From Octopus vulgaris (Eukaryota), in NCBI GenBank assembly GCA_951406725.2, contig OX597815.1, positions 35,092,001 through 35,156,000 on the forward strand: a stretch of 64,000 bases of DNA. Direction: 5' to 3'. The stretch's first letter is position 1. The number at the start of each line of letters is the position of its first letter. The notes beneath the pieces were generated by a model. That model saw only the letters and a program-made list of their open reading frames with translations. It was not told where the DNA came from and did not search any database. Made by a program: the position numbers and the translations under genes. Positions 13,952 to 27,596 of the stretch are shown piece after piece.

Positions 13952-13953
<2 letters not shown>

Positions 13954-14338
13954 TAAACAGTAAAAATAATTACAGACATGGACAAGAACAGGAAACGCCA
14001 CAGAGACGACACAAGAACCACAGGACGGGACATTCGAAGCCCTCAGTCATCAGTCAAGAACCAGATCATCTTAGCAATTTCGGCTGATTAATCTTGAGAT
14101 TGCTCCGATATGGGCAGCCCGCCAAGGGAAATCTAAGCCAAGTGCATTAGATCCCCTGGAAGAAAGCTTCGAATGTATACAACACGAGGACGGAAAACGA
14201 ACGAAGTACACGAACAAAAATACAGAATACGTGACAACAATAAGAATACAAAAACGTAAAAACAATAACGGTAAAAATAAAAAATAAAAAATAAACAACA
14301 AAACAAAACCAGGACGTAGGACAAGGGTCTTTCGACAT
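13952..14338. mobile_element. Non-coding interspersed element embedded in (TA)n, probably PLE-derived
   Basis: Flanked by (TA)n on both sides; strongly strand-biased composition like the other PLE-like inserts. Confidence 0.4.
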
Positions 14339-15560
14339 ATATATATATCGAATTTTTGCATCTAAGAGATTGAATAAAATACTATCTTACAACTGTAGTT
14401 GTTCACTTCAGGATCACACAAATGAACGCACGTTATGTCCATACACTCACAATCACTCGCTCGCACACACATATAGACAAACTTATATGAATGTAAGCGC
14501 ATTATGTAAAAAAAAACAATAAAATGTTCGCTTTGCAACATCAAGGTACTAGATTCGATCTCACAGCGTATACAGTCCATAACTTTTGAGTGAAATTAGG
14601 TTGACGGATACTGCATATAAGCCCGTCAGGTGGATTGTACTTGGGATTCAGATTGTGCGGCCCTGTTACAAACTGCATCGTGCAGATTTTACAAGAGAAT
14701 TCCAATATGCGTTCACCTGTATGTGGACTTCTCTGTCAATTACACATTAATTGATGACGAGGTTTGTCAGTGGAACGAATAACTGAATCCCCATCTTGAA
14801 TCGACAGAGAACCATCACTTCCATCGTATATCATTCGACTACAGTAGTTGTTGAATAATATTCTTGAGGCCGCAATTTACTCACACGCAGCATTTTCAGA
14901 GCTTTGTCGCTAATTCAGTTCTCAACCAAATTGAACACTTAACATTTTTGAAGAGGTCTGATCCTTAGCTATATTCTGGCATAAAAAATTGAGATTTGGT
15001 CCAGTATCAAAATTTGTAGCAACGTTACAGGAGAGTAAGTAACGCCCCCAATCAAGTTTAGATCTAAATAGCATTTATTTATTTTAAAAGCAAAATATTT
15101 TTATCTTATCTTCAATGATAGAAGAAAGCATAAGGAATTTCATATTTTTGATTTTATGCAACAAAAATTTGTATAAAAAAAGTTGTGATTTAAAATATCA
15201 TGAAAAAATATAAGGCAAAACATTGGATTTAAGTATAATTAACCTTTTTTAATTTAAAAACAAATTATATTTAAATAAAGCTAAAATGATAGAGCTCAAT
15301 TCGAGAAGTTTCATAGTATCAATCTCATGCAATGAAATTTTAAAAGAAAAAAGCTATGAGTGTTTGTTTCTCAAATTTGAGGGTGATAATATGGTTCTAT
15401 ACATTTTATGAATATTGTTCTATAAGGGGACTTTTAATATGTCACCGGCATCATTGAGGTAAGGAAAAAATTATCAACGACACCGCTAGCTTGCAATTAG
15501 TTTAGCTAATCTTATATCTTTTTTTTAGAGTAAAACTTTTTATCTTAATTCAATAATAAT

Positions 15561-15825
15561 AAAACAATTGCAGTGTGGAAGGTGTTTATAAGCCATTTAA
15601 GAAACACACAAAATCCGTTAGATTCACTTCAACATTTAAATTTAATTTGTCAAAATATTTTCGACGCTTTGGGACCGCGACCTGTTCACTGACAAAATGT
15701 TGAAGTGAATCTAACGGATTTTATGTGTTTCTTAAATGGCTTATAAACACCTTCCACGCTGCAATTGTTTTCGTTCCAGCACACGATCTCAGATCAGGTC
15801 ACTTGATATGCAACTACATCTCCGT
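15561..15825. mobile_element. PLE-like element with 77-bp inverted arms enclosing a hammerhead
   Basis: 15561-15637 is the reverse complement of 15695-15771; tcaataataat repeated at 15550-15560 and 15829-15839 (possible TSD). Confidence 0.75.
15646..15696 (-). ncRNA. Second copy of G3-C8 hammerhead fold
   Basis: Minus strand tttgtca-GTGAACA-g-GTCGC(ggtcccaaa)GCGTC-GAAA-ATAT-T-T-tgacaaa. Confidence 0.6.
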
Positions 15826-16827
15826 AAATCAATAATAATAATAATAATAATTCAATTGCAAAAATGAAAAAAATTGCAAAAATGAAACAAGTAAAAGAAT
15901 ACAATATTTAGCTCTGTATGTTGTTTTGGGATCTAGTATGCTTTGAGTTAGAACCTTCCCATAGGCACTTGTAACCAACCAAAATATCGTCACTTCCCTA
16001 TCAACCTTAATGTTACAAGAAATCCTAACTAAAATACATTTAGGCATATCTTCTGATTCTTCCTAATTAACCCTAATTAACAGAGCTTTCTATAAAACAG
16101 TGGATGTAATTTAAACAGCGGGTGTAATTCTTTATTACCTTACTTCGGCTTAAAAAGATGCAGAAAGGCGCTGAGTGCATTTCTCCAAAGTACATCTCTC
16201 CAAGAGCAGCATGGAATCTGAGCAGTTTAAGGCGCTCAAATTTGAGCGTGGTAGCTTCATAGTTTATTATTTCTTAAAGATTAGGATTTCTATAAGAAAC
16301 CCACAACAGTAAAAATTTGAGGTTTTTCTTTTTTTATTTATGTTACTAGAATTAGTCACTCAAATAATTATTCACATAACTAAGGGTATAATTTTAATTA
16401 ATTAAGAATTAAGCTTCTTAGTCCATTTTACTAACTTTCCAAACAGTGGGAATGCTTGGGTAATTTTCTCTACTGACTCCGTTTACCTTTCGTTAATATA
16501 ATTGATATGTGTTCCATCTGTTGAATATTTCCTCAGTAGTACCTTTCGAGAATATATAAATCTGTCTTCTATTCGAATGATAAGCATGAAGACGACCATA
16601 CTTCACTACGGAGATTTAATAATTCGAAACATAACCGAAATTGTCACCCGTACTTTCTATAATCAGGCTGCAAATAATATCAATTACTAATATAATATTT
16701 TCTTCGTTCTCCTAACTACATAAATGTTATTGATTCATTTTTCTATTTTAATATAATAGTCTGATGGTACTAATTTATTTATCACAGATGAATCGTTTAT
16801 TTTCAAATTTAGTTTTATCTTTGTTTT

Positions 16828-17192
<365 letters not shown>

Positions 17193-17684
17193 TAAATAAT
17201 TTGGGAAAACAAATTTCCAAATCAATCAGGTACAACCCTTCAGCAATATATGCATCTACATATAGCACCTTGCGGTCTTATTTATCATTTATTTTTATAT
17301 TTATCTATAAATATACAAAGTATCTAATAAAAGTCAGTATTAATTCAATTTTGGGGGGTTAATCGATATAATGGTATTCTATTTCAGATAAAACAAAAAA
17401 ATAACCTAATGAGTATATCAGAAAGTAAACTCTTGGTATCAGTTTGCACATCACGAAATAATACTTAAAGGATATAATCAAAAGTACTAGCAGGTTATAT
17501 ATTATACTTCATTAGCTATCTCCTAATTTAGTTAATACTAAAATTTATTAAATATGAAAGAACTACACGTGTTTCAGTATTGGAAGATTACAATATATAT
17601 ACATATACACAACTGTATACATACACACACACACACACACCCACACCCACACCCACACCCACACCCACACATATATATATGTAC

Positions 17685-17841
17685 ATACAAAGACGAAGAC
17701 AGGTGGTGTAGAAAACAAACAGATGCATTAGTATAACGCTCGGGAATTGAAAATGTCTTTTACGTTTCAAGCCTACGCTCTTCCACAGAAAGGAACACAG
17801 AAAGAAAAAAATGTGTGTAGTGGCCACTGATCTATCATGGC

Positions 17842-17845
<4 letters not shown>
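17685..17845 (-). mobile_element. PLE-derived element with variant hammerhead (17757-17792)
   Basis: Minus strand cttt-CTGTGGA-a-GAGC(gtag)GCTT-GAAA-CG-T-A-aaag; adjacent to (TA)n. Confidence 0.55.
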
Positions 17846-17892
<47 letters not shown>

Positions 17893-17913
17893 CTATAAAG
17901 CATTATGTAGAAT

Positions 17914-18140
17914 ATATTGTATAAAGGATCGTGGGTAAGGCCAAAACAATGCGAAATAAATGCAAGGTAAATCACAAGAAAACAAATATGTGAATTAATG
18001 TTGACTTACCTTGTATTCAATTTTTCGGGGTTAGAAATAGGGTCGTAAGTCTACATTAATTCACAAATTTAAGTTCTTGTGATTTACGTTGCATTTACTT
18101 CGCATTGTTTTGGCCTTACATACGATCATTTATACAATAT
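17914..18140. mobile_element. Foldback MITE-like element (about 95-bp arms)
   Basis: gtaaggccaaaacaatgcgaa...gtgaattaatgttgacttac versus gtaagtctacattaattcac...ttcgcattgttttggccttac. Confidence 0.75.
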
Positions 18141-18159
18141 GTATTGTTGCTGTTTCTTT

Positions 18160-18446
18160 GTTCCTTCTCGAGTCACGCCTGGCTCATAGAGCCGGTTTCC
18201 TGGTTTCCTTGGCCTAAAGGTTCCCCACCTGGACGGGACGCCGGTCCGTCGCAGGTAAGCTGCAAGATGCAGGAGGAAAGAGTGTGACGAAAGAGTCAGT
18301 AGAAGTTCGCCATTACCTTCTGCCGGTGCCGCATAGAGCTTAGATAATTTCGCTCATGAACACAAACATCGCCCGGTCTGAGATTCGAGCTCGCGATCCC
18401 TCGACCGCGAATCCGCTGCTCTAATCACTAGGCCATGTGTCTCCAC
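18160..18446 (-). mobile_element. SINE family C head with alternative tail
   Basis: Head cgcccggtctgagattcgagctcgcgatcc...ggccatgtgtctccac; tail with ggacgggacgccggtccgtcgcagg. Confidence 0.75.
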
Positions 18447-18477
18447 ATACTATATATATATGTGAGTGTGTGTGTGT

Positions 18478-18675
18478 GACCGCGTGTATATCGTTGGCGA
18501 TTTTCTTTCTCCGTCTTCCCTTCCTTGGACCTTTCCCATTTCTATATTACTGACGAAGAGCTCCGCTCGAAACGTTAAATCCTCCTTATTTCTTTCCTTT
18601 CCTGAGCGTCCAACAACACTATACTTGTTCCACGTCCTCGCGCTGTTGTGTTTTTTCTTTGTTCATGTTTGGATT

Positions 18676-18680
<5 letters not shown>
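18478..18680 (+). mobile_element. PLE-derived element with hammerhead motif (18546-18580)
   Basis: atta-CTGACGA-a-GAGC(tcc)GCTC-GAAA-CG-T-T-aaat; homologous to 745-1050. Confidence 0.6.
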
Positions 18681-18743
<63 letters not shown>

Positions 18744-19014
18744 TTATATATATATACAGCGATCTTTTGCTGAGTGGATCAGTTACAGATGGTGAAACAG
18801 TAATCAAAAGTTGGTGGAAACGCTCATACTAGAAAATTGATTTTGATCCCACAGCTTGTAGAGATGAGTTATAAATTTACATTCACATTTTAAATATCTA
18901 ACAAACAGCTGAGCTCTGAGTTCTAACATGCAAGCTCTATTGAATCCAAAACATTATGCACCTTGTATCGAAACGATTGTTTCCATAGTATATCATCTGA
19001 TTAAAGTAAAAGTT

Positions 19015-19258
19015 ACCTCCTGGAGTCATGCCGACTAATAAGGTCCAGTTTCCAGGTTTCCATGGAACATAAATTCCATAGCTGGACGGAACGCTGATCC
19101 ATCTCAGGAACACTCATCTTTACCAGGTGAGAAAACTGGAGCAACGGGAAATGAAGTATTTTACTCAAGAACACAATGCGTCACCCGGTTCAGGAATCGA
19201 AACCACAATCTTGCGATCATGAGTCCAACACCCTAACCACCAAACCACGCGCCTCCAC
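19015..19258 (-). mobile_element. tRNA-derived SINE (family D, CORE-like centre)
   Basis: Minus-strand head gtggaggcgcgtgg...gtggtttcgattcc followed by ttgtgttcttgagtaaaatacttc; tail related to 18160-18250; partial copy near 52570-52690. Confidence 0.65.
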
Positions 19259-19760
19259 ATACCATCTGATTAAGGTTTCATGTATATACGCTGCAGTGTG
19301 CCATTTACTTGCTATACACTTATCTTTTACTTTCTGAAACAGTGTGGCGCTATCGTTGCTGTTCGCTAAACAGCAAACATGGTTTAATATTCGTAGCTAA
19401 GTTTTACCTCTTTTTCGGTCTTAGAACTATTATTATCCGATATAATTTGAGCTGTTTTGTATAGTTACATTTGCACTTGTATGTGAATAGTTTCTTATAA
19501 AAGCTGATTTTCAAATTTCTCAATACTTCAAGTAAAATTAAGTTTAGTCACTTTCTTGCTTGTACAAATAAGCTTCTAATTTGTTGGCAGTTCTCTTTGG
19601 CGTTGTAGTCTGTTATACGGATGCGTTGAGAATTCTACTCACTTTGTTTAATTCAGATTCTCTGCCAATGATTATAGCTTTCATTATTTTTGCATTTGAA
19701 TACCATCTTTAAAATACTCTATTTATTTCTACATCTATCTATCTACCTATCTATATACTA

Positions 19761-20270
19761 CATGGAAAAATGCGAGCATGAAAAGTAATATTCTTAAGAT
19801 TATAAACCTGGAAAAGTACAGGACAAGTTATTACACCTGGAAAAGTATAAGACAAGCTATTACTTCTAGTAAAGTAAAGAATAAGAAACTTGTTACGTAA
19901 AATATTGCACCAAAGAATGCCAGTTCTAATTTATCACTCTTTACAGTTCTCATCTTTTAAATTTATTGTACAAAACTGTTCGGCTAATTTGTAAGTTTGT
20001 CCTATTAGTCAGATTTTTCTGTATTTAAGGTAGTAAATTAGCTAAATTCTACTTAAATACGTATAGTTATATTTGTAAACTGTAATAAAATAATTTTTAA
20101 TATTGAAATTTTAATTTCAGCTGCAATATTTTAAGTAACAAGTTTCCTATTCTTTAATTTACTAAAACGAATATCTTGTCTTATACTTTTCCTTGTGTAA
20201 TAACTTGTCCTGTACTTTTCCAGGTTTATAATCTTAAAAATATTACTTTTCATGCTCGCATTTTTCCATG
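19761..20270. mobile_element. MITE with about 150-bp TIRs and TA TSD (Tc1/mariner-type)
   Basis: TA|catggaaaaatgcgagcatgaaaag ... cttttcatgctcgcatttttccatg|TA; arms 19761-19909 and 20122-20270. Confidence 0.85.
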
Positions 20271-21039
20271 TAATCCATAATTAATAATTTAAGATTTTAA
20301 CTTACAAGATACTGAAAGATAATATTTCAATTTTTCCATGTAAGTGATGATAATATTTCAATTTTTTTCATGTTTAATTTAAATATATGTTGTGATTGAA
20401 TTATTTGATATTACCATCCACACCAAATTAATGGCAGGGAATGTTACCATCTTGTTGGTTGCACCATGACTCACCAAAAGTTGCAAACAACCATCAGTTA
20501 CCAGGCTCACCTTAAGTAACCTAGATTTTTTTGAGTTGGTGATAATTGCACTGACAGCTGCTAATCTAGATCTATCAATGATTATTCAATACAACAGCAA
20601 TTATAAAAGCATATCAGATATACACAAGTTAAAATTACCTACATCCCATTAATATAAGTTTGATTTATGAAAAAATCCCTTTTAATTAATTTTGAAATTT
20701 AAAAAGTAATTTAGAATATAAGCAATTTTAACCAATGCCTTTTCTAAACAGCCCTACTACATGCCTTCAGGTCTACCCATAGAGACACAGCCAAAATTGT
20801 CTATATTCCTGCCCCAATAAATTTAGATGCACATATCTGAAGTATATAACACATTAATGAACTAGTCTGATTAAATAATTAACTAAAAAGAAAAAGAAAG
20901 CAACTAAAAGGGAAAAGCAAAAAAGCAGAAAGCAAGTTAATTAAAGCTGAAACAGAAAATTAATAATAAAAGTTAAACTTACCCTCATTCAACAGCATAT
21001 TAAAAATAACTTTATTAAATAATTAAAAAAATAAAATAA

Positions 21040-21322
21040 ACGAAAGGCAAAGTCAACCTCGGTGGAATTTGAACTCAAAACGAAAAGATAAACGAAATAC
21101 CTATTTCTTTATTACCCACAAGGGGCTAAACACAGAGGGGACAAACAAGGACAGACGTAGGTATTAAGTCGATTAAATCGACCCCAGTGCGTAACTGGTA
21201 CTTAATTTATCGACCCCGAAAGTATGAAAGGCAAAGTCGACCTCGGCAGAATTTGAACTCACAACGTAACGCAGACGAAATACCGATAAGCATTTTGCCC
21301 GGCGTTTCTACCAACTCGCCGC
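21040..21322 (-). mobile_element. SINE family A (partial copy fused to full copy)
   Basis: The aaaggcaaagtc(a/g)acctcgg...gaaatacc block occurs twice. Confidence 0.8.
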
Positions 21323-21934
21323 GTTACAATGTACGAATCCATTTTGGTAATATATTCTTATCTTAACATTATTGCTTAGAGCGTTACTTATTTATTCACG
21401 TACTGACGTGAAATTTCCAGACATTTCACCTCATAACTTTTTTCAACTAATTTTTGTTCAATGCGATTAACGATTCTGAATTCTTCATGCACTATTCTAT
21501 CATTTAAACCTAAGTATACTTTTATTTTAAAATTTAAAAAAAATTATGTTAATTCAAGATGAATAGGTGCCTTACTGCCCCAATTTAGACCTCATATATT
21601 TTGATGTAACTTTTACTCTACTGAAACAAATCTCAAAATATTTATGCCAAAGTGTAGCTGAGGAGGTGTCCTCTTTAAAACTTTTAACAGTTTGCAATTC
21701 ACTTGAGAACTGAATTAGTAGTGAAGCTTGGAAGCTGCTGCGATTGACGAAATGGTGCACTTAAGAATATATTAAACCACTACCGTGGCTGAATGATATA
21801 TATATGTGTGTATATATATATATATATGTATATATAGGGAGAAAGAGAAAAATGGAGGGGAGAGAGAGAGACAGACAGACAGAGACAGAGATGGGAGGGA
21901 GGGAGCAGAAGAGAAGGGGAGAAACAGGAGCAGA

Positions 21935-22046
21935 AAGAAGAAAGAAGAAGAAGAAAAAGAAGAAGAAGAAAGAAGAAGAAAAAGAAGAAGAAGAAGAAGA
22001 AGAAGAAGAAGAAGAAGAAGAAGAAGAAGAAGAAGAAGAAGAAGAA
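21935..22046. repeat. (GAA)n microsatellite
   Basis: Directly visible. Confidence 0.95.
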
Positions 22047-22119
22047 GGGATTAATAAAACTAGGCAGATATTCCTAAAGTTAAACGAATTTGATTAACTA
22101 CATCAAACAATCAGATACC

Positions 22120-22349
22120 TATTTCTCTATTACCCACAAGGGGCTGAACATAGTGGGGACAAACATGGACAGACATAGGTATTAAGTCGATTATATCGAC
22201 CCCAGTGCTTAACTGGTACTTAATTTATCGACCCCGAAAGGATGAAAGGCAAAGTCGACCTCGGCGGAATTTGAACTCAGAACGTAACGGCAGACGAAAT
22301 ACCGCTAAGCATTTCGCCCGGCGTGCTAACGTTTCTGCCAGCTCGCCGC
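22120..22349 (-). mobile_element. Full-length SINE family A with 16-bp TSD
   Basis: caaacaatcagatacc at 22104-22119 and 22350-22365. Confidence 0.9.
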
Positions 22350-22663
22350 CAAACAATCAGATACCAATGAATTCAAGTAGAACTAAGATTCAAAGTAATT
22401 CTCCGTATATGACTAGTAAATCCAAATATTTCAAAGAAGAATTTCAAGAAATTCGGAGTATAAGACAACAAGAACAAGAATGGTATTTCATACCCTTTTT
22501 TCTCTGTGTCTAAACGCACTGACTCAATAGAAACGTTCGTCGGTAATGTATTGTGTAATCATCAAAGATGTGATTTTCTCCATTTTTATAAGTATGTATA
22601 TATGTATGTTTGTATGTATGTATATATATATTCATGCATGCATACATGCATACAAACATATAT

Positions 22664-22897
22664 ATTTCTTTACTACCCACAAGGGGCTAAACATAAAGGA
22701 GACAAACAAGGACAGACAAAGGGATTAAGTCGATTATATCGACCCCAGTGCGTAACTGGTACTTTATTTATCGACCCCGAAAGGATGAAAGGCAAAGTCA
22801 ACCTCGGCGGAATTTGAACTCGGAACGTAACGACAGACGAAAAACGGCTGCGCATTTCGCCCGGCGTGCTAACGTTTCTGCCAGCTTGCCACCCTGA
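22664..22897 (-). mobile_element. Full-length SINE family A with TSD
   Basis: atacaaacatatat at 22650-22663 and 22898-22911. Confidence 0.85.
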
Positions 22898-23084
22898 ATA
22901 CAAACATATATGCTTACATACATACATGCATGCTTGCATACTTGCATACATACACGCACACTCGTATACATACATACATGCATACATACACACATGCATG
23001 CATACATACATACATACATACATACATACATACATACATACATACATACATACATACATACATACATACATACATACATACATA

Positions 23085-23320
23085 CAAGGGGCATAGGGAT
23101 ATGTAACACACTGCTTATATATCAATCTTGAGAAATTAGGCTTCTCAAAACCAGAAAGGAGAAACCTAATTCAAAGACTACACATTCAAACCATCACTGG
23201 AGCTATAAAATTCTGTAAAACTTTCCAGAGGTTTATCATTTAAGTATATGTGTGCATGTCTAGATATGCAAGTATATGCATGAGGAGACATAAAACAAAG
23301 CTTACAAATCTGCACGTATA
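23085..23320 (+). mobile_element. 3' end of a second RLE-type non-LTR retrotransposon next to a (TACA)n tract
   Basis: GA*GYVTHCLYINLEKLGFSKPERRNLIQRLHIQTITGAIKFCKTFQRFII* resembles the GALG...Q RLE C-terminus. Confidence 0.55.
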
Positions 23321-23744
23321 CTCTTTTTTTTACTCTTTTTACTTGTTTCAGTCATTTGACTGCGGCCATGCTGGAGCACCGCCTTTAGTCGAGCAAATCA
23401 ACCCCGGGACTTATTCTTTGTAAGCCCAGTACTTATTCTATCGGTCTCTTTTGCCGAACCGCTAAGTGACGGGGACGTAAACACACCAGCATCGGTTGTC
23501 AAGCAATGCTAGGGGGACAAACACAGACACACAAACATATACACACACACTTATATATATATATATATATATACATATATACGACAGGCTTCTTTCAGTT
23601 TCCGTCTACCAAATCCACTCACAAGGCATTGGTCGGCCCGGGACTATAGCAGAAGACACTTGCCCAAGATGCCACGCAGTGGGACTGAACCCGGAACCAT
23701 GTGGTTGGTTAGCAAGTTACTTACCACACAGCCACTCCTGCGCC
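23321..23744 (-). mobile_element. SINE family B (internal microsatellite)
   Basis: Minus-strand head ggcgcaggagtggctgtgtggtaag...ggttcagtccc, CORE-like cttgggcaagtgtctt, tail ggtgctccagcatggccgcagtcaaatgactgaaacaagt. Confidence 0.9.
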
Positions 23745-24113
23745 TATATATACATACAAAAAATATCCTGTGGTTGATGTTGAAATTCCAATGAAGGAGC
23801 CTTGGATCAAGGTTAGAAACCGGCCCTTTCTCTATTGACAAGAAATCTTGAAATAAAATTAAATGAGGACATACAAACACGCACACACATTTATGTATGT
23901 CATCATTTGTGTTTATCTCTCACTGGCAACGGGTATTTTTTTTTTTACGTTCGTGTCCAAATTTTAAATAAGCGTTGAAGTTGATCGGATCGATTACATC
24001 TTTGAGGTGGTACACCAGCGTGGCAAGCAGTCAAATAACTGAAACAAGTAACACTGTGAAAGAATGCACGCATACACACACACACATCAATTTATCTATG
24101 TATCTGTGCATAT

Positions 24114-24259
24114 GGTGAGAAGCTTACTTCACAATCGCATGGTTCCGGGTTCAATCCCATTCCGTGCCACCTTGAGTAAGTGTTTTCTACTATAGTTTCG
24201 GGCCGACCAAAGTCTTGTCAATGGATTTGGTAGACGGAAACAGAAAGAAGCCCGTTATT

Positions 24260-24312
<53 letters not shown>

Positions 24313-24533
24313 ATTTGTGTCGGTGTTTGTACCCCCACCATCGCTTGACAACCGATGTTGGAGTGTTTACGCCCCCGTAACTTAGCAGTTCGACAAATGA
24401 GACCAATAGAATAAGTACTAAGCTTACAAAGAATAAGTCGTGAGTCGATTTCTTCGACTAAAAAGAAAACCTTTGAGGTAGTACTCCAGGATGGCCGCGG
24501 TCAAATGACTGAAGCAAGTAATAGAATAAAAGA
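24114..24533 (+). mobile_element. SINE family B
   Basis: Same head, core and tail as 23321-23744, opposite strand. Confidence 0.85.
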
Positions 24534-25838
24534 ATGTATGTATATATATGTGTGTGTGCATGTGTGCGTGCGCGCACGCGCGTGTGTGTATTGGTACTGA
24601 CATACACATGTATGTATGAATGCATGTATCTGTGTATGTATGTGTGTGTGTGTGTGTACGTATGTGTGTCTGCGCGTGCAAGCATGCATGCGTGTATGTG
24701 TTTGTTTCTCTGTGTGTCTGTGCAAGTATCCACATAAAATCAATGATGGCGGAAGGCACGTTATCGAAGCGTTTCTTGAAAGTAAATTGAAAATATTATT
24801 CAAGACGTCTCAAGGATTTGGAAGAAATTTGTGGGATGTAGCATTTGTGAAGGTATATATACTCTTCCAAATGACTGGTGAGGAATTATTTAGAATACAT
24901 ATTTAGCTGATCTAATTTACAGTAAACATTTTCAAATCTATTTACATCTTATTTCTCCGTGTCATCTTTTCAAATCCTTATTGATTATGTTCCACTTTTT
25001 CACATACCGCCAGTTCTGATCGCAAAATCTGATAAGTCTGTTGGTTTCCTTCAATATTTCACATGAGAATTTTTTCACGTTTCTCCTGTATAATTCAAAT
25101 ATAATAAATAATTGTACCAAATTTCTTATTGTAGAAATTCCAAAACTAATCTCATTTACATAAATTATTATCCACTCGATCTTGTATTTAATGAAATAAG
25201 GTTTCCGCGCACAGACAGGAAAGTAATGAATGCACGTGTGAGCTTGCATACATATTAAAACACGTATACACAGATTCATATATTCATATGTGCTCTTATA
25301 CCTTTCGAAAGTGTATTTATTCGCTATGCTTCTCTTCATGTTAAAGCGTTCTGAATACTTACATAGGCAAACACATACACACAGTAATACGCATATATGT
25401 ATGCATATGTATGCGCATATATTATACTTTATTATATTATATTATATTATGTTATATTATATTATATTATATTTCATACAGAAGTTTCTTGAATCAAAAC
25501 GCTGAGTGTCACGCTTCCGATTATTCAGGCGTTGATCTAGAAAAGCATCATGACAATATATAAGTAAAAAGATTCGCATGCTCAGCTAATAGATAACAGC
25601 GCATCACTATTTGAATGGTTGTCGAAGCAATCGTTAGAAAATGGATAATGGATGGCCGGTTCATTGTTATGAACAGGTAAATATATATATATATATAGCT
25701 TCAGTACCGTTGAATCAATGTTTTTGGTGTAACCGTACCTCAGCTGCGTATAGAAACGTCACTGCTTTCATTGACAATATAAACAGAAACCTTTCCCCGT
25801 CTGAACTAACACAGGACTATATTCTATTATGTAATTAT

Positions 25839-26149
25839 CACCGTGATCACCGTGACCGACCAGGCTATCAGATGTTGTTACACATCGCTGGTCACAATGC
25901 GCTTCGCATTGTTTTAGCCTTCAAATGACGCCACCCCGCTGGCTAAGCGAGCAGGCCAACAGAAGAAAGAGTGAGAGAAAGTTGTGGCGAAAGAGTACAG
26001 CAGGGATCGCTACCACCCCTTGCTAGAGCATCGTGGAGCTTTAGGTGTTTTCGCTCAATAAACACTCACAACGCCCGGTCTGGGAATCGAAACCGCGATC
26101 CTACGACCGCGAGTCCGCTGCCCTAACCACTAGGCCATTGCGCCTCCAC
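25839..26149 (-). mobile_element. SINE family C head with third tail type, 13-bp TSD
   Basis: attatgtaattat at 25826-25838 and 26150-26162; tail also at 43597-43735. Confidence 0.9.
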
Positions 26150-26479
26150 ATTATGTAATTATAACAAACCTAATATCAGCCTCAAAATTTTGGTGTCTTC
26201 AAAAGCATAGACTTATCAAATTTGCAGGTGAATGGGAAACAAAAAAGAATATGTCTTATTGAAAAGCCCCTTCTACTGTTTTTTCAGAAAATACGCATAC
26301 GTCGTGAACGATTCCTTCCTACTTCACAACACAAATATAATTAAAACAATTTAATTTTTTAAGCTTTCACTGATACTATATTTCTAACCTATCCTGCCCT
26401 TTCTCTCTCACTCACACACACATACACGCACACATACGCACATATACAAGCGCGCGCATACACACACGTATATAGACTC

Positions 26480-26611
26480 AGACGTGGCTGAATGGTAAGA
26501 AGTTTGCTTCCCAACCACATGGTTCCGAGTTCAGTCCTACTGCCTGGCACCTTGGGCAAGTATCTTTTATTAAAAGTGAATTTGGTAGATAGAAACTGAA
26601 ACAAGTTTGTT

Positions 26612-26653
<42 letters not shown>

Positions 26654-26944
26654 TCATGTGGGTATGTGTTTGTGTGTGAGTGCATGTGTGTGAGTGTGTA
26701 TGTATGCACGCGTGTACGTCTTCGGTGTTTGTGTGTTCCTCATCACCGCTTTATGTCCCAGTAACTTTGCAGTTCGGCAAAAAGAGACCGACAGAATACC
26801 AGAGTTAATAATAAACACTGGGGGCGGTTCGTTTCACTAAACTCTTCTAGGTGGTGCCCCAGCATGGCCGCATTTCAATGAGTGAAACGAATAAATAATA
26901 GACGATGAGTGGATTTGGTAGATGGAAAATGAAAGAAGCCCGTC

Positions 26945-26947
<3 letters not shown>
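26480..26947 (+). mobile_element. Diverged SINE family B plus extra core fragment
   Basis: gtggctgaatggtaagaagtttgcttcccaaccacatggttcc...ggtgccccagcatggccgca. Confidence 0.75.
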
Positions 26948-27004
<57 letters not shown>

Positions 27005-27128
27005 TGTCCCATTTTTGGATTGCTATGATAGTAGGGTTCACATGAAATTAGATCTAATTTAGTATCTGGATAAAATGAAGCAATTGCTTGGTACTAAAGT
27101 CTGTTTAAAATTTGTTATTTCAATAAGC

Positions 27129-27177
<49 letters not shown>

Positions 27178-27546
27178 GTAAATTTAACCACAAGGTAGCC
27201 ATAATTAAAACTCTCATCTCTGTACAATCGAGAGTTGGTTCGTTTCTTGAGGATGTCTTAGATAGAAATAAATACCTCAAGTTCGTTAATTTCAGCACCG
27301 TTGAATCAATTTATGGAAGTGTCTAATAGCGAGACGTTCTCTTTTTTGACCCAGAACAACTGGTGAAATAAGAGCTACAGTTCCACAGTTGTTATGATTC
27401 TAGCGTCGAAAATGTCTTCCCGAATTTCATGACTTTCGGGAGAGGGATGTTTAAGTTGAAATGGAAGTTAGAGTTGAATTTGGTTGAAAAACAATCTGCA
27501 ACAAGACAATAGTGACCTTAAATTCTCCCCTACATCTACTGAAAAA

Positions 27547-27596
<50 letters not shown>

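Noticed and set aside
14065-14130. Minus-strand ggctg...cagcc-GAAA hammerhead-like stem, and a CTGATGA near 14046-14052
   Set aside because: Core preceding the stem is too degenerate, helix I is not evident, and the CTGATGA has no matching GAAA arm
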